Source: a virus (taxonomy: Duplodnaviria; Caudoviricetes). Taken from it: a DNA stretch of 55,389 nucleotides. The stretch covers positions 1 to 55,389 of the IMG/VR virus record IMGVR_UViG_3300046811_000055; one strand, 5' to 3'. Under the pieces are notes generated by a model, which saw only the letters and a list, made by a program, of their open reading frames with translations, had not been told where the DNA came from and ran no database searches. Made by a program: the position numbers and the translations under genes. The first letter of the stretch is position 1. Each line of letters opens with the position of its first letter. Shown here in pieces: positions 25,748 to 35,823 of this stretch.

Positions 25748-28700
25748 TCATGGGGCCTCGCTCTCCAGGAAGTTGACCGAGATCTCCCGGCGCCAGACCG
25801 AGTCTGGCAGTTGCTGGTTGGAACGCTCGGTGACGCGAGCCCAGGACCGATCGGTGATGCGGATGTAGCGGGCACCGAACTCGGGAAAGATCAGCCACAG
25901 CGGGCGCGGTTTTGACAGAAGTTGACGGAGCATCAGCCACTCCGACTCGGTGTCGACGAGGATCTTGAGGCTCCCGTCGTAGCCGCCGATGAAGTCCGTG
26001 GTCGTCACCGCACGCTGGCTGAGCTGGTCCCACGTGGTCGGACGCAGCGGGTAGACCGTCGAGGATTCCTCGTGCTGCGACTCGCTCATCTCGACCACGT
26101 GCACGCGCATGGCAAGCGTGGCGTCCTGCGGGTCACGGAGTACCCATGTGCCGCGGCCCGGCGGCGTGAGTTGAGCCGTGGCGTAGAACGTCACCGGAGA
26201 GGAAAGGGCAGGAACGGTGTCGGTGGCCGGAAGGTAGTTGTAGGCCCGGTAGACCACGCCGTATCCAGGCGGGGCCTCGTTGTCGAAGATGCTCCCGATC
26301 AGACCCGACTCGTAGTCGGTGATCTTCCAGTCACCGCGGTTGGCTCCCCGGATCTCCTGCCACGCCACGGCCTGGCCGGCGCCGAACTGCGGGATCGTGT
26401 CCGTGGTCGTGCCGGCGCAGAACTGAACGCCGTCGACCCACACCTTCACCTCAGTGGCGCTGGCTCCGTTGTTGAGCGTGGCCCGCACCCACAGGCAGTT
26501 GGTCGGCATCGTGAACGTGCACGAGAACTGAGCCCACCCGGCCGAGGTGATGTTGAACGCCCCGCTGTTCGCCGAACTCCCGACCGGTGCCCCGAACTGG
26601 TCGAGACCCTCCAGCGTGATCGAGCTGGCGAACGTGGCCGACGAGCGGGCGTAGAGCGAGAAGGTGTAGACCGTCGACTCGATCCCGAGCATCGGCCACT
26701 GCGGGGCGCCGATGAGTGCGGGCGCACCGGGCCAGCCCATGAAGAGCTTGCCTCCGGAGTTGTTGACCGACCACCGGATCGATCCCTCGCCGTCGTACCG
26801 CTGCGTGTTGTCGTAAGTCAGGTAGCTCTCGGTCTGCCCGTCGGGCAGGTAGAACCCGTCCGTCGTCTTGAGCCAGTCACCACCGCTCCAGAGCTGGGCG
26901 GGCGCGTTGTTGCGCTGGCCCGTCGCCACCAGGGCCCGCTCGACCACCGTGGTCCCGGTGCCGATCCACCCACCGTTCGACCAGCCTGTGTACGTCGTGC
27001 TGATGTTGTTGACCGTGGCGCCCCGGATCTCGATCGACACGATGCCGTAGGCCTGCCCGGTCGGGGCGGTCAGACCCTCGGTGGCCGCTCCCGCGTTCGG
27101 GCGGATGCTGTGGCCGAAGTACACCGTGCCGCCACCGAAGCGCCCGTAGAAGTCTTCGGTGAAGACGAGCCCGGGGTTGCGCCACGTCCGGGCGTTGCCG
27201 TCGGCCGCGTTGAAGTCACCGATCCCGACGAGCACGAGACTGTTCTCTCGCGTCGTGGTCAGCGAGACGGACGCCGTACCCGAGGTGGCCTGCGCCTTGT
27301 TACTCGCCCCGCCGAACGAGGTCTCGTCGTGGCCCGTGACCGCGTAGACGATCGTGCGGGCGTTGCTCTGGTTGGCCGTGACCGTGACGTCGACATTGCC
27401 GCCCGCCGCGAAGTAGGCCGTCGACACCGACGCGTCACCCGTGCTCGCGAGCGTGTTCTCCTGCCTGCTCGTCCACGTCAGGCCCGCCGTCGAGGTGACC
27501 ACGTTCGTCGGTGTGCTGGCCGTGACGCCGGACAGCGTCATCGCGACAAGCAGGGAAGCGGGCGGGATGTTGGCGCACGTGAACGTCACGCTCGATCCGG
27601 TCCAGTAGCCCGAGTCGTACTTGGCGGCCACGACGGGTTGCTGCGTGCCGGCCGTACCGACCGAGGTGCCCGAGCCGATGACGACGTTCGTCCCAACCAT
27701 GACCTTGTCGACGTAGTGAATCTCAGCCGCGGCGGCTGCCTGCACCTTGACCCACGCTGCTCCGAACACCGCGCCGGCCGGAGCCGTGACCGTGTAGTTG
27801 GCCTGGATCCATGAACCCGTGGCGTCCGTGACCGCGGTGCCGTAGGCGTTGGCCAGGGGCGCGCCGGTCCGGTCGTACCAGCCGATGCCGACGTTGCACG
27901 AGCGGGCCGTGGCCGCGGTACGGAAGCTGGCCAGCGCGGTATAGGACTGGCCCGTCTTCACCCGGAACCCGGTCAGGCCGCCCGCGGTCAGGAATTCCAT
28001 GTCCCCGGTGCCGCTCTTGGTCAGCGACATGGCACCCGTGCCTTGCAGCACGGGCGAGGTGACCCGCGCTGTGGTGCCGCCGCCGAAGAGTGCCGCCCAC
28101 GTGCCCGTACCGAAGAACGCGCTGTCGAAGTTGCTGTCCTGGACCTGGAGCAGGTTCCAGTTGGCCTGCACGTCGATGCGCGTCCGGATGAACGGCGCCG
28201 TGTTGTCGGAAACCTTGCCAATCATGGTCGGGGTCGGGAGCGGGGTAAGGAGCATGGTGGTCGGGGCGGAGTTGGCCCACACGCTCCACCACTTTTGGCC
28301 ACCGAAATCAGCGGCGACCTGCACCCACGCGGCGTACGTCTGCCCGTTCTGGAGGCTCGTGCCGACCGTGAGGCGGGTCGCGTTGCCGACCACCACGCCG
28401 GAGTCCCAGACGCTCTGGGCGGTGTCGGGGTTGAAGCCGTAGGCGGAGTACTGCTGCGCGCTGAAGAGTTTCACGCGATAGGCGGTTTCGGGATCGCCGT
28501 CGAAGTTGGCGTTGAATTGCCACGTCACGTCGGGCGAGGTCGACTGCGTCGGGTTGGTGATCGAGATGGCCGTGACCGTGGCCCGGTCGCGGTACTCGAC
28601 GTCGTAGTAGAGCTCGGACAGCCGTAGGTTGATCCCGCTGTACGCCGACTGGTACCACTTCACTTCGGCAGAGCAGTGCTCGATCGCGTATACGGTCCAC

Positions 28701-29116
28701 TCGGAACCGAAGTCGCGGGGCGGCTTGGTCCGCCAGACGCCCGTGCGCGTCGTGTAGGTCACGGCGTCCGAGTACTGCATCGACTCCCAGAAGTCGTACT
28801 GAGCGCCCGCCTTGCCCGAGCCAGGGGACCGCATCGCGAGCTGGACGGTTCCCGGCTGCCCGGCACTCGACGCGCTCTGACGAATGCGGGCATTCAGTCG
28901 AACGCGAAGGATTCGCTGGCTCGCGCCGATCGCCGTGAGGCCACCGCTCGCGGGAATCATCCGCAGCAGGGCCTTGGGCCAACTGACGAAGTTGGCCACG
29001 CTGACGTAGGTCGTATCGCTGTTGTCGCTCGTGCACTGCCACCCGGTCGCCGCGCCGTTGAACGTCACCGAGCCGACCGTGAGGTCCGAGCCGGGACGAA
29101 TCGTCACGATGGTCAT
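25748..29116 (-). CDS. Large minor tail protein with carbohydrate-binding-like inserts
   Basis: 1122 aa, beta-rich, directly after tape measure. Confidence 0.75.
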   Translation of the reverse strand: MTIVTIRPGSDLTVGSVTFNGAATGWQCTSDNSDTTYVSVANFVSWPKALLRMIPASGGLTAIGASQRILRVRLNARIRQSASSAGQPGTVQLAMRSPGSGKAGAQYDFWESMQYSDAVTYTTRTGVWRTKPPRDFGSEWTVYAIEHCSAEVKWYQSAYSGINLRLSELYYDVEYRDRATVTAISITNPTQSTSPDVTWQFNANFDGDPETAYRVKLFSAQQYSAYGFNPDTAQSVWDSGVVVGNATRLTVGTSLQNGQTYAAWVQVAADFGGQKWWSVWANSAPTTMLLTPLPTPTMIGKVSDNTAPFIRTRIDVQANWNLLQVQDSNFDSAFFGTGTWAALFGGGTTARVTSPVLQGTGAMSLTKSGTGDMEFLTAGGLTGFRVKTGQSYTALASFRTAATARSCNVGIGWYDRTGAPLANAYGTAVTDATGSWIQANYTVTAPAGAVFGAAWVKVQAAAAAEIHYVDKVMVGTNVVIGSGTSVGTAGTQQPVVAAKYDSGYWTGSSVTFTCANIPPASLLVAMTLSGVTASTPTNVVTSTAGLTWTSRQENTLASTGDASVSTAYFAAGGNVDVTVTANQSNARTIVYAVTGHDETSFGGASNKAQATSGTASVSLTTTRENSLVLVGIGDFNAADGNARTWRNPGLVFTEDFYGRFGGGTVYFGHSIRPNAGAATEGLTAPTGQAYGIVSIEIRGATVNNISTTYTGWSNGGWIGTGTTVVERALVATGQRNNAPAQLWSGGDWLKTTDGFYLPDGQTESYLTYDNTQRYDGEGSIRWSVNNSGGKLFMGWPGAPALIGAPQWPMLGIESTVYTFSLYARSSATFASSITLEGLDQFGAPVGSSANSGAFNITSAGWAQFSCTFTMPTNCLWVRATLNNGASATEVKVWVDGVQFCAGTTTDTIPQFGAGQAVAWQEIRGANRGDWKITDYESGLIGSIFDNEAPPGYGVVYRAYNYLPATDTVPALSSPVTFYATAQLTPPGRGTWVLRDPQDATLAMRVHVVEMSESQHEESSTVYPLRPTTWDQLSQRAVTTTDFIGGYDGSLKILVDTESEWLMLRQLLSKPRPLWLIFPEFGARYIRITDRSWARVTERSNQQLPDSVWRREISVNFLESEAP

Positions 29117-32100
29117 CGGCGCCTACCTGTTTTCATCTGAGTGAGCAGCCGACTAAAAGCGGCATCGACATGAGACCGAATCGCTGCGACCTGCTTTTCC
29201 CCGACGTCTCCGTGAACGTTGATGACCAGGTTCACGCCACTACCGCCAACGCCCGTTCCGGGAACGATCGTCTCTGGCCCGTTCTCTCCGAACGTGTACT
29301 GCCGTCCGGACTTGCCCACACCCCAGATCGGCTCGTTGATCACGCCCCCGTTGGCGAACCCCAGCGCGTTTGCGTAGGCGGCCACATGAACGTGGTTGAA
29401 GTGCTCGGCGAACACTGAGGCGTAGAAGTCGGGGCCGACGCGCACGCCGTTCTTCACGAACCACGACGGAGAGTGGATCAGTTCCAGAAGGCGGCCGGAC
29501 ATGGCGTAGAACCCGTTCGCGATCCCGTCCATGTTGCTGCCGATGATGTCTGCGGCCAGGCCCTGGCCGTGATAGTCGTTGGCGCCGGGCCGGAAGCCGC
29601 TCGACACCTGGGCTGTCGGGTCGAACTGACGGGCCACGGCGAGGATCGCGGCGACCGAGTCACCGCCCGGGCCACCGAGGAACGAGGCGCCACCCCCGGT
29701 GAACCAGTCGAGATGGTCCTTCACCCAGGCGGCGATGGCCTCGAACGCCTTCTCCGGCATCCCGATCAGACTCTCGGCCAGCTTGTTGCCGGAGAAGCTT
29801 CGGATGATGTCGTCGATCGGCGTGGCCTTCTTCACCAGATTCACGATGCTGCCGATCGGGTCGGTGATGATCCCGACGATGTCACCGATCAGACCACCAG
29901 CGGCGAACCCCGGGGTGCCCGAGTTGATCGCCTCCAGCAAGCCGAGATTCTTGCTCGTGGCCTTGGCGTTGACGACGTACTCACCGTTGCTCACCCGCGC
30001 CGTGGGAACGCCTCCGGCGGCCAGGCCGAGAATCGAGTCCGACGTCCCGGTGCCCGGGCCCCGGAGGAGACCACCGCCGGCCAGGGCCTGGAGGTGACTG
30101 AGGTTCGCGCTGTGGCCGAGCCATCCGGTCACGGTGTTGAGTCGGTCGATGATCCCCTCGTTGATCACCTTGTTGATCACAAAGTTCACGGGCGTCTTGG
30201 CGAGTTCCTGAATGCGGTTCCAGGCCTGGCCGATCAGGTCGACGCCGGAGCGGAAGGCCGGCGCTACCGTACCGGTGATGAAGTTTCCCAGCGCCGTGAA
30301 GATCGGCTTGATCCCGTTGTTCCACACGTTGCTGATCAGATCTCGGATGCCGTTCCATACCGGCTCGATCGTGTTGTGCCAGAACGTTGTGAACACGTCG
30401 GACAACGGGCCCTTGATGAATCCTACGACTGCGTCGTAGATGGCCTTGGTGTGCGTCCACCACGCTGAGACGATCGCACTGATGCCCTCGAATACCAGCT
30501 TGCAGGTCTCCTGGAAGCCCTTGATCAGGGGGGCGAGTGTGATTTGGATGAACGCGACCCAGAGCTTGAAGATATTTTCGACCACAATCCACGCGTCTTT
30601 AACGATCACGCCGATTGTCTGGAATGCCGGTTCAAAGATGTTATGCCATAGCCACATCACCACTGGGGCGATGACGTTTTTAATGATCGCTTCAAACAGG
30701 TTGAACTCGATCTGGATTCCGGCCCACCAGAGTTTCACCACTGAGAGCAGGGCGTTGAATCCGCCCTCGATCGAGGCCCATGCGGGCTGGATCGCGTTTG
30801 TCCACAGCCATTGAGCTGCGTCTCCGACCGCCTTGGCTGCCGAAGCGATGCCGTCGAAGGCTGGTTGGATCACCGAGTGCCAGAGGAACAGCGTTGCGGT
30901 TTTGATTCCCTCCCATGCGGCAATCACCGCATCGTGGAACCAGCCGACGTGGTTGAAGGCGAGAACAACTCCGGCCACAAGAGCCGCCACGGCCACCACG
31001 ACAAGCCCGATGGGGTTGGCCGCCATGGCTGCATCGAGTAGGACCCACGCTTCCGCGAACGATCGAACCTGCGACGCGAGTTGGATGAATGCGATGGCCG
31101 TCTGGATTGCAGCCCATGCCTTCTGGACGACGATGACGGCCTCGATCGCCAGTTTCAGTGTGGCGATGGTTCCGACGAACGCGATGATCGCAGCCTTGTT
31201 GTTGTTCAGCACGGTGGCGAATCCAGCGATGTCCTGACCGAACTGGCGGACGATCACGCCTGCCTTCTCGAAGCCACCAACCAGGCCATCGCTGGTGACG
31301 TCCCCGGACTTGAGCGAGGCGAAGAACGCGCGAACGGCCAGGCCAGCCGTGTTCAAACCGCCCGTGAATCCATCGATCGGGCCCTTGCCTTGCAGGCCGG
31401 CGATGAACTCCTTGATCCCGGGAACGACCTGACCCGTGACGATGTGCACAAGGCTCGTGAAGGCAGGCAAGAGCGCGGCGCCGATGGTCGACTTCAGGTC
31501 ATCGAACTGGGCAGTCAGAATCCGCTGCTGGTTGGCTAGACCGCCCGACGTCCGGGCGAAGTCGCCTTGCGCCGTCTTGGTCTGGTCGAGCACGAGGGCG
31601 TATGTGGCCTGCGCCTTCTGAGCAGGCGTCAAGGCGTCCTTGACGCTGGAAATCAGCCCGAGCTTCATCGCTTCGGTCTGAAGCGTAGCGGCGTTGATGT
31701 TGACGCCGTACTGACGGAGCGGCTCGGTCTCGCCAACCAGCCCGGAGCGGAGCGCCTCCAGTGCTTGCTCGGGTGAGGTGTTGTTGAACGACGCGAGGTC
31801 TCCGGCCAACTTGACCATGCTCGTGGACATCTTCGCGGCTTCGGGGCCAGGGAGCTTCAGCGCGACGAAGAGGTTTCCGAGCGTTCCTACGGCATCGAGG
31901 TAGGAGGCCTTGGACAACCCGAGGCTCGTTGCCGACGTCTTGCCGAAGTCGAGCACGGCCTGAGTCGACTTGCCGAAGACGACCTGAACCTTGTTCTGCG
32001 CCTCACTGACATCCGAGGCTGCCTCGATCGTGCTCTTGAAGAACGAGGCGATCTGACCCGTGGCCAAGCCCGCCGCGGCCACGGCGGCAGTTTTCAGCAG

Positions 32101-32244
32101 AGACGAGAACGAGACCCCGAACTGCTTGCCCGCGGCTTCGCCCGCCTTCCGCCCCATCTCGGCGGCAGGCTTGGAGATGCCGTCCGCATCCAGCCCCGAG
32201 GTGTCAGGCCGGATGCGGACGTACGCGTCAGCGAGCGAGACCAT
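29113..32244 (-). CDS. Tape measure protein with C-terminal peptidase-like domain
   Basis: LADAYVRIRPD start, Trp-spaced repeats, GPGTGTSDSI, NGEYVV, YHGQGLAAD...HFNHVH. Confidence 0.9.
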   Translation of the reverse strand: MVSLADAYVRIRPDTSGLDADGISKPAAEMGRKAGEAAGKQFGVSFSSLLKTAAVAAAGLATGQIASFFKSTIEAASDVSEAQNKVQVVFGKSTQAVLDFGKTSATSLGLSKASYLDAVGTLGNLFVALKLPGPEAAKMSTSMVKLAGDLASFNNTSPEQALEALRSGLVGETEPLRQYGVNINAATLQTEAMKLGLISSVKDALTPAQKAQATYALVLDQTKTAQGDFARTSGGLANQQRILTAQFDDLKSTIGAALLPAFTSLVHIVTGQVVPGIKEFIAGLQGKGPIDGFTGGLNTAGLAVRAFFASLKSGDVTSDGLVGGFEKAGVIVRQFGQDIAGFATVLNNNKAAIIAFVGTIATLKLAIEAVIVVQKAWAAIQTAIAFIQLASQVRSFAEAWVLLDAAMAANPIGLVVVAVAALVAGVVLAFNHVGWFHDAVIAAWEGIKTATLFLWHSVIQPAFDGIASAAKAVGDAAQWLWTNAIQPAWASIEGGFNALLSVVKLWWAGIQIEFNLFEAIIKNVIAPVVMWLWHNIFEPAFQTIGVIVKDAWIVVENIFKLWVAFIQITLAPLIKGFQETCKLVFEGISAIVSAWWTHTKAIYDAVVGFIKGPLSDVFTTFWHNTIEPVWNGIRDLISNVWNNGIKPIFTALGNFITGTVAPAFRSGVDLIGQAWNRIQELAKTPVNFVINKVINEGIIDRLNTVTGWLGHSANLSHLQALAGGGLLRGPGTGTSDSILGLAAGGVPTARVSNGEYVVNAKATSKNLGLLEAINSGTPGFAAGGLIGDIVGIITDPIGSIVNLVKKATPIDDIIRSFSGNKLAESLIGMPEKAFEAIAAWVKDHLDWFTGGGASFLGGPGGDSVAAILAVARQFDPTAQVSSGFRPGANDYHGQGLAADIIGSNMDGIANGFYAMSGRLLELIHSPSWFVKNGVRVGPDFYASVFAEHFNHVHVAAYANALGFANGGVINEPIWGVGKSGRQYTFGENGPETIVPGTGVGGSGVNLVINVHGDVGEKQVAAIRSHVDAAFSRLLTQMKTGRRR

Positions 32245-32489
32245 TACCGCTTCCTTCCCAGGCCAACAGCTAGGCGTCGCTCGTCATTGGCAGACATGCC
32301 CTCGGCACCGACGTCGCCATTGAGGTAGTCGGTGAACAACTCAAGGGCCTTGTCGACGTCGGGCAGATTGTCCGTGTCCCAGTCCTCGGGGTCAGTGGCC
32401 TGCGCCATGCGAGCGGCAATGACCTGCCGCTCGCGCAACGTGCGCTCCCGGATCTCGTCGGTCCAGAGCGCCTCGGCCACGTCGCACAC
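32244..32489 (-). CDS. Tail assembly chaperone, downstream part
   Basis: Position immediately before tape measure. Confidence 0.5.
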   Translation of the reverse strand: MCDVAEALWTDEIRERTLRERQVIAARMAQATDPEDWDTDNLPDVDKALELFTDYLNGDVGAEGMSANDERRLAVGLGRKR

Positions 32490-32500
32490 CTCGGCGAGCG

Positions 32501-33010
32501 TCAGCCTGCCTGCCGCTCCATCTGCCGATGCTTGGCCGCTTCCCAGATCGTCATCGCCACGTCCGGGCGTCCCGACTCGTTCTCGATAGCCCGACGGTCC
32601 ATCTCGGTGAGCGGTGAGACCGCGGTGGCCGGCGAGGAGGAGACGTCCGGAGATGTAGCCACGGCGCGCGCCTGCCCATCCGAGGAGCCGGAGGGCTGCA
32701 CCGTAGGGCGCTTGGCCTTCGTCTCCACAACGGCCTTCATGACGGCCATCAGGTCGGTCGAGTCCTGACCGTTGTCGAGCGCTCCCTGCCAGAACGCGTC
32801 GAAGTCCTCGGGCGCGACCACGAGCTTCATCTGACGCTTCATGAACGTCATGGCCTCGGGGCTGTTCTCGTCAAGGCTCTGCGCGTACTCGGCGAAGTCC
32901 ATCAGGACCAGGTCGGTCAGCGAGGGATTGATGCCGATCTCCGTGCCGAACCAGCCGAACGTGTCCCGGACCAGAGGACGGTACGTACCGAAGTCACCAA
33001 TGCTCGCCAT
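32501..33010 (-). CDS. Tail assembly chaperone
   Basis: Between major tail and tape measure; RPT..PS.SS motif. Confidence 0.7.
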   Translation of the reverse strand: MASIGDFGTYRPLVRDTFGWFGTEIGINPSLTDLVLMDFAEYAQSLDENSPEAMTFMKRQMKLVVAPEDFDAFWQGALDNGQDSTDLMAVMKAVVETKAKRPTVQPSGSSDGQARAVATSPDVSSSPATAVSPLTEMDRRAIENESGRPDVAMTIWEAAKHRQMERQAG

Positions 33011-33594
33011 CAGATGCGCGCCTGACCGGCGACCCAGAAGATCCAGGGGTAGGTCGGGCTGACCGGGATCTCGAAGTTGAACTCCGCCGGGATGAGCGCG
33101 ACGTTCGGCGCCTTGGCGAACTTGCTCTTGATCGAGCCGCTGGAGATCGTCTGGAACATCACGATGCGCATCGTGTGGTCAAGGGACTCCCACCCGATCA
33201 TGGCCCGGACCTCGGCACCCGGGACGGGCGGGGTGAGGCTGGTGAGCTGCGTGGCGGTGGTGCCCGACACGATCGTGTACGCCCCACCGTTCAGGGCATA
33301 GCTGTAGTTCTTCAGGGCGAAGTGCTGCATCGAGAAGGCGATGGACCCCGACCGGTCGGTGGTGAAGTACTTGATCGGGTCGAAGAACTCGGCGGACTTG
33401 ACCGGCTCGACCTTGATCTCGTAGTTGAACTCCGAGCCGTCGTCGGTGGCCCCGAGGGAAAGCCACGCGACCGGCCACGCGTCGGTGAAGACGGAGCCGG
33501 TGACGGTGTTGGTCGGCAGAGTGCTGGCGAGCGGAGCCCAGTACAGGAACCCCGCATCGTTCAGCAGTGACGGAGTGGCGGTAGCACCGGGCAT
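33010..33594 (-). CDS. Major tail protein
   Basis: LYWAPL..W..LGATDDG motif; synteny. Confidence 0.8.
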   Translation of the reverse strand: MPGATATPSLLNDAGFLYWAPLASTLPTNTVTGSVFTDAWPVAWLSLGATDDGSEFNYEIKVEPVKSAEFFDPIKYFTTDRSGSIAFSMQHFALKNYSYALNGGAYTIVSGTTATQLTSLTPPVPGAEVRAMIGWESLDHTMRIVMFQTISSGSIKSKFAKAPNVALIPAEFNFEIPVSPTYPWIFWVAGQARI

Positions 33595-33595
33595 C

Positions 33596-33916
33596 TCAGT
33601 TCTCCTTCTTGGCGGCGGCCTTGGCCGGCGCGGGGCGGTTCGTCTTCACGGCAGCGCCGGGGGCGGACCGCATGACAACCTCGTTGTTCGGCACCGTGCA
33701 GGCGGGCTGGCCCGGAAGGTCGGGCGGGCAGTAGTGGCGCAGGGTCACCACGGAGCCGTCGGGGTCGACGTTGCTCGCGGGGATCGGGTGGCCGATGTCG
33801 TAGGCCAGCGTGTTGCCGACCCAGATCTGCTCGGCGGCAGCCCAGGTGCCGTACTCGGCGGACTGCTCGGCGCGGCGGGCTTCCATCGCCACGAAGGGGT
33901 CGACGGGCGTAGTCAT
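33596..33916 (-). CDS. Hypothetical virion-region protein
   Basis: AY..GHPIPASNV motif; precedes major tail. Confidence 0.55.
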   Translation of the reverse strand: MTTPVDPFVAMEARRAEQSAEYGTWAAAEQIWVGNTLAYDIGHPIPASNVDPDGSVVTLRHYCPPDLPGQPACTVPNNEVVMRSAPGAAVKTNRPAPAKAAAKKEN

Positions 33917-34046
33917 GAGAAAAGGCCTCCAAGGCACAACGCGACGGGACATCTGGTAACTGCGTCTTGCGGGTCACGCGTCGCTTGCCTTGCAGGCCTT
34001 ACCTGCCGACAGCGTACGACGGTGGTGCGCGTGAGGAAAGTGGGCA

Positions 34047-34511
34047 TCAGTCCAGAGCTCCGAGGCCCTTGCGCATGTAGCCCTTGTTGCGGCCCTTCTG
34101 GTTCTGGATGCGCCCGTAGTAGGCGGCCTGACTGCTGGCCACCTTCCGGCGCTTGCCCTTCTGGAGCGGGCCGATGATCGCGACCTTGCCCTTGGCGGCC
34201 TTGGATTTGGCGCGCGAGACGACGTCGGCGTAGGGCCCGTCGGCGTCCTGGCTGAGGTAGGTGCCGATCCGGGAGCGGAGGTACCCCGCCTGCCGGCCGT
34301 GACTGCCGTGCGAGCTCACGGGAGCAGCGGCCTTGTCGGCACGTTCCACGACCTTGGCCTTCTTGTAGAGGAACTTCCCGACCGGGCTGTCCTTGGTGGC
34401 CTTGAGCGCGTCGAGGGCGGCTTGGTCCACGACGACCTTCACCGTGACCTTGGTGCCGTTGCGGTCGGTGGTGGTGAACGACTGCGTGAACTTGCCGCCG
34501 GTGCCTACCAC
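34047..34511 (-). CDS. Tail completion / neck protein (HK97 gp10-like)
   Basis: Basic protein, AP....G.LRSRI; synteny. Confidence 0.55.
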   Translation of the reverse strand: MVGTGGKFTQSFTTTDRNGTKVTVKVVVDQAALDALKATKDSPVGKFLYKKAKVVERADKAAAPVSSHGSHGRQAGYLRSRIGTYLSQDADGPYADVVSRAKSKAAKGKVAIIGPLQKGKRRKVASSQAAYYGRIQNQKGRNKGYMRKGLGALD

Positions 34512-34981
34512 AGGACGGCGCTCGTTACCTTGATCTCGAACGAGACCTGCGCGTAGGCGCCGTCTTCGAGCTGGTCCATGACCCAGGAGAACCCGCCGAT
34601 CTCGGCGAGGCCGGGCGGCTGGATTGCACCCTTGAGCGTCCGGTCGGCGCGGATGGCCGCGGTCACGATGTCGTACACCGCCGCGGTGTCGGTTATTTTG
34701 GAGCGCAGGTCGTCGGAGTCACCGTCCCACGTCTGGATGAAGCACGTGATCGCGTAGTCCTCCTGCGGGGTGCCCTCGCCGCCGAAGCGTTCGGTGTTCC
34801 CCTGCACCGCCGACTGATCCTCGTCCTCGGAGTAGCCGACAACGACGAACGTGCGGGGCGGGTCGGTGACGGGCATCGGGCCGTAGTAGACCGTCACGAC
34901 GGGCAGGGCCGAAGACAGCGCCGACGAGACAAGATCGAACGCGCCATTGATCGCTGCGGGGATGCTGGTTGCTCCGGGCAT
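34505..34981 (-). CDS. Tail terminator-like protein
   Basis: AIRADRTLKG motif; synteny. Confidence 0.6.
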   Translation of the reverse strand: MPGATSIPAAINGAFDLVSSALSSALPVVTVYYGPMPVTDPPRTFVVVGYSEDEDQSAVQGNTERFGGEGTPQEDYAITCFIQTWDGDSDDLRSKITDTAAVYDIVTAAIRADRTLKGAIQPPGLAEIGGFSWVMDQLEDGAYAQVSFEIKVTSAVLW

Positions 34982-35823
34982 CAGAACATCGCCGCCCTCT
35001 TGGGGCCGAGCAACTCTCGCACCCTGTTCGGGAGTGAGAAGCCCAGCTGGACAGCGGCCATGTCGTCCTCGGGACCGGTGCCACGTGCACGCCGGTTGCG
35101 CCCCTGCTGGCTGTTCCGCCAAAGGTGCGCGGTCAGTTCGAGGTAGGCCAGCCGGATGTTCGGAGGGACGGGCCCTGTCCGGCCGGAGATGTAGACGACG
35201 TCCGCCGTGTCGCCCTGTCCGGTGAACGGGATCGGGTACCCGCCGGCCCCTGTCCGCTCCACGATCCCGGTCGGGATGTCGAATCGGTACGTGGACGGAT
35301 CAAGGGTCACCATCGCCGCGGCCGAGTAGTAGACCTTCAGGGACGTGATGCTAATGACGGGACGGTTGGTCAGGATCAGGCGGTAGCCGTCGATCGACAG
35401 CGTCTCGGTGTACGACGTGGGGACGACGTCACCGACCTCGCGGGTAATCACGGCCTGCGCCGCGTCCATGAAGTCCTGAATCTCGACGTCGTCAGCGGTG
35501 TTCTGCTTGTTCATGTGCAGCTTCGCGTCGGCGAGGCTGGAGATCCGGCGGGTGATGGCCAGCACGTCGAACTGGCCGTCGTCCACGCCGATGGCCGCAC
35601 CGGACGCCGTCCACAGGTAGAGCCAGGTGCCTGCCTGGTTGGTCGTCACATTGCAGGAGTAGGTGCCCGTGCCCGTGTTGGTGATCGTCAGAGTCACGCC
35701 GGAAACGAGCGTGGTGCCGTCAGGTCGGGTGACGGTCAGGCTCATCGTGGCGTTGGTCGGGGCGCCGAGTATGTCGGTGACCGTGGTGTTGAGCACGACC
35801 TGCTGGCCGAGCGTGTAGCTCAT
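34981..35823 (-). CDS. Head-to-tail adaptor with N-terminal Ig-like domain
   Basis: SLADAKLHM..DD..I and VPPNIRLA. Confidence 0.75.
   Translation of the reverse strand: MSYTLGQQVVLNTTVTDILGAPTNATMSLTVTRPDGTTLVSGVTLTITNTGTGTYSCNVTTNQAGTWLYLWTASGAAIGVDDGQFDVLAITRRISSLADAKLHMNKQNTADDVEIQDFMDAAQAVITREVGDVVPTSYTETLSIDGYRLILTNRPVISITSLKVYYSAAAMVTLDPSTYRFDIPTGIVERTGAGGYPIPFTGQGDTADVVYISGRTGPVPPNIRLAYLELTAHLWRNSQQGRNRRARGTGPEDDMAAVQLGFSLPNRVRELLGPKRAAMF

Noticed and set aside
32480-32720. Programmed -1 frameshift in the tail assembly chaperone
   Set aside because: Expected by synteny, but I could not identify a convincing XXXYYYZ slippery site
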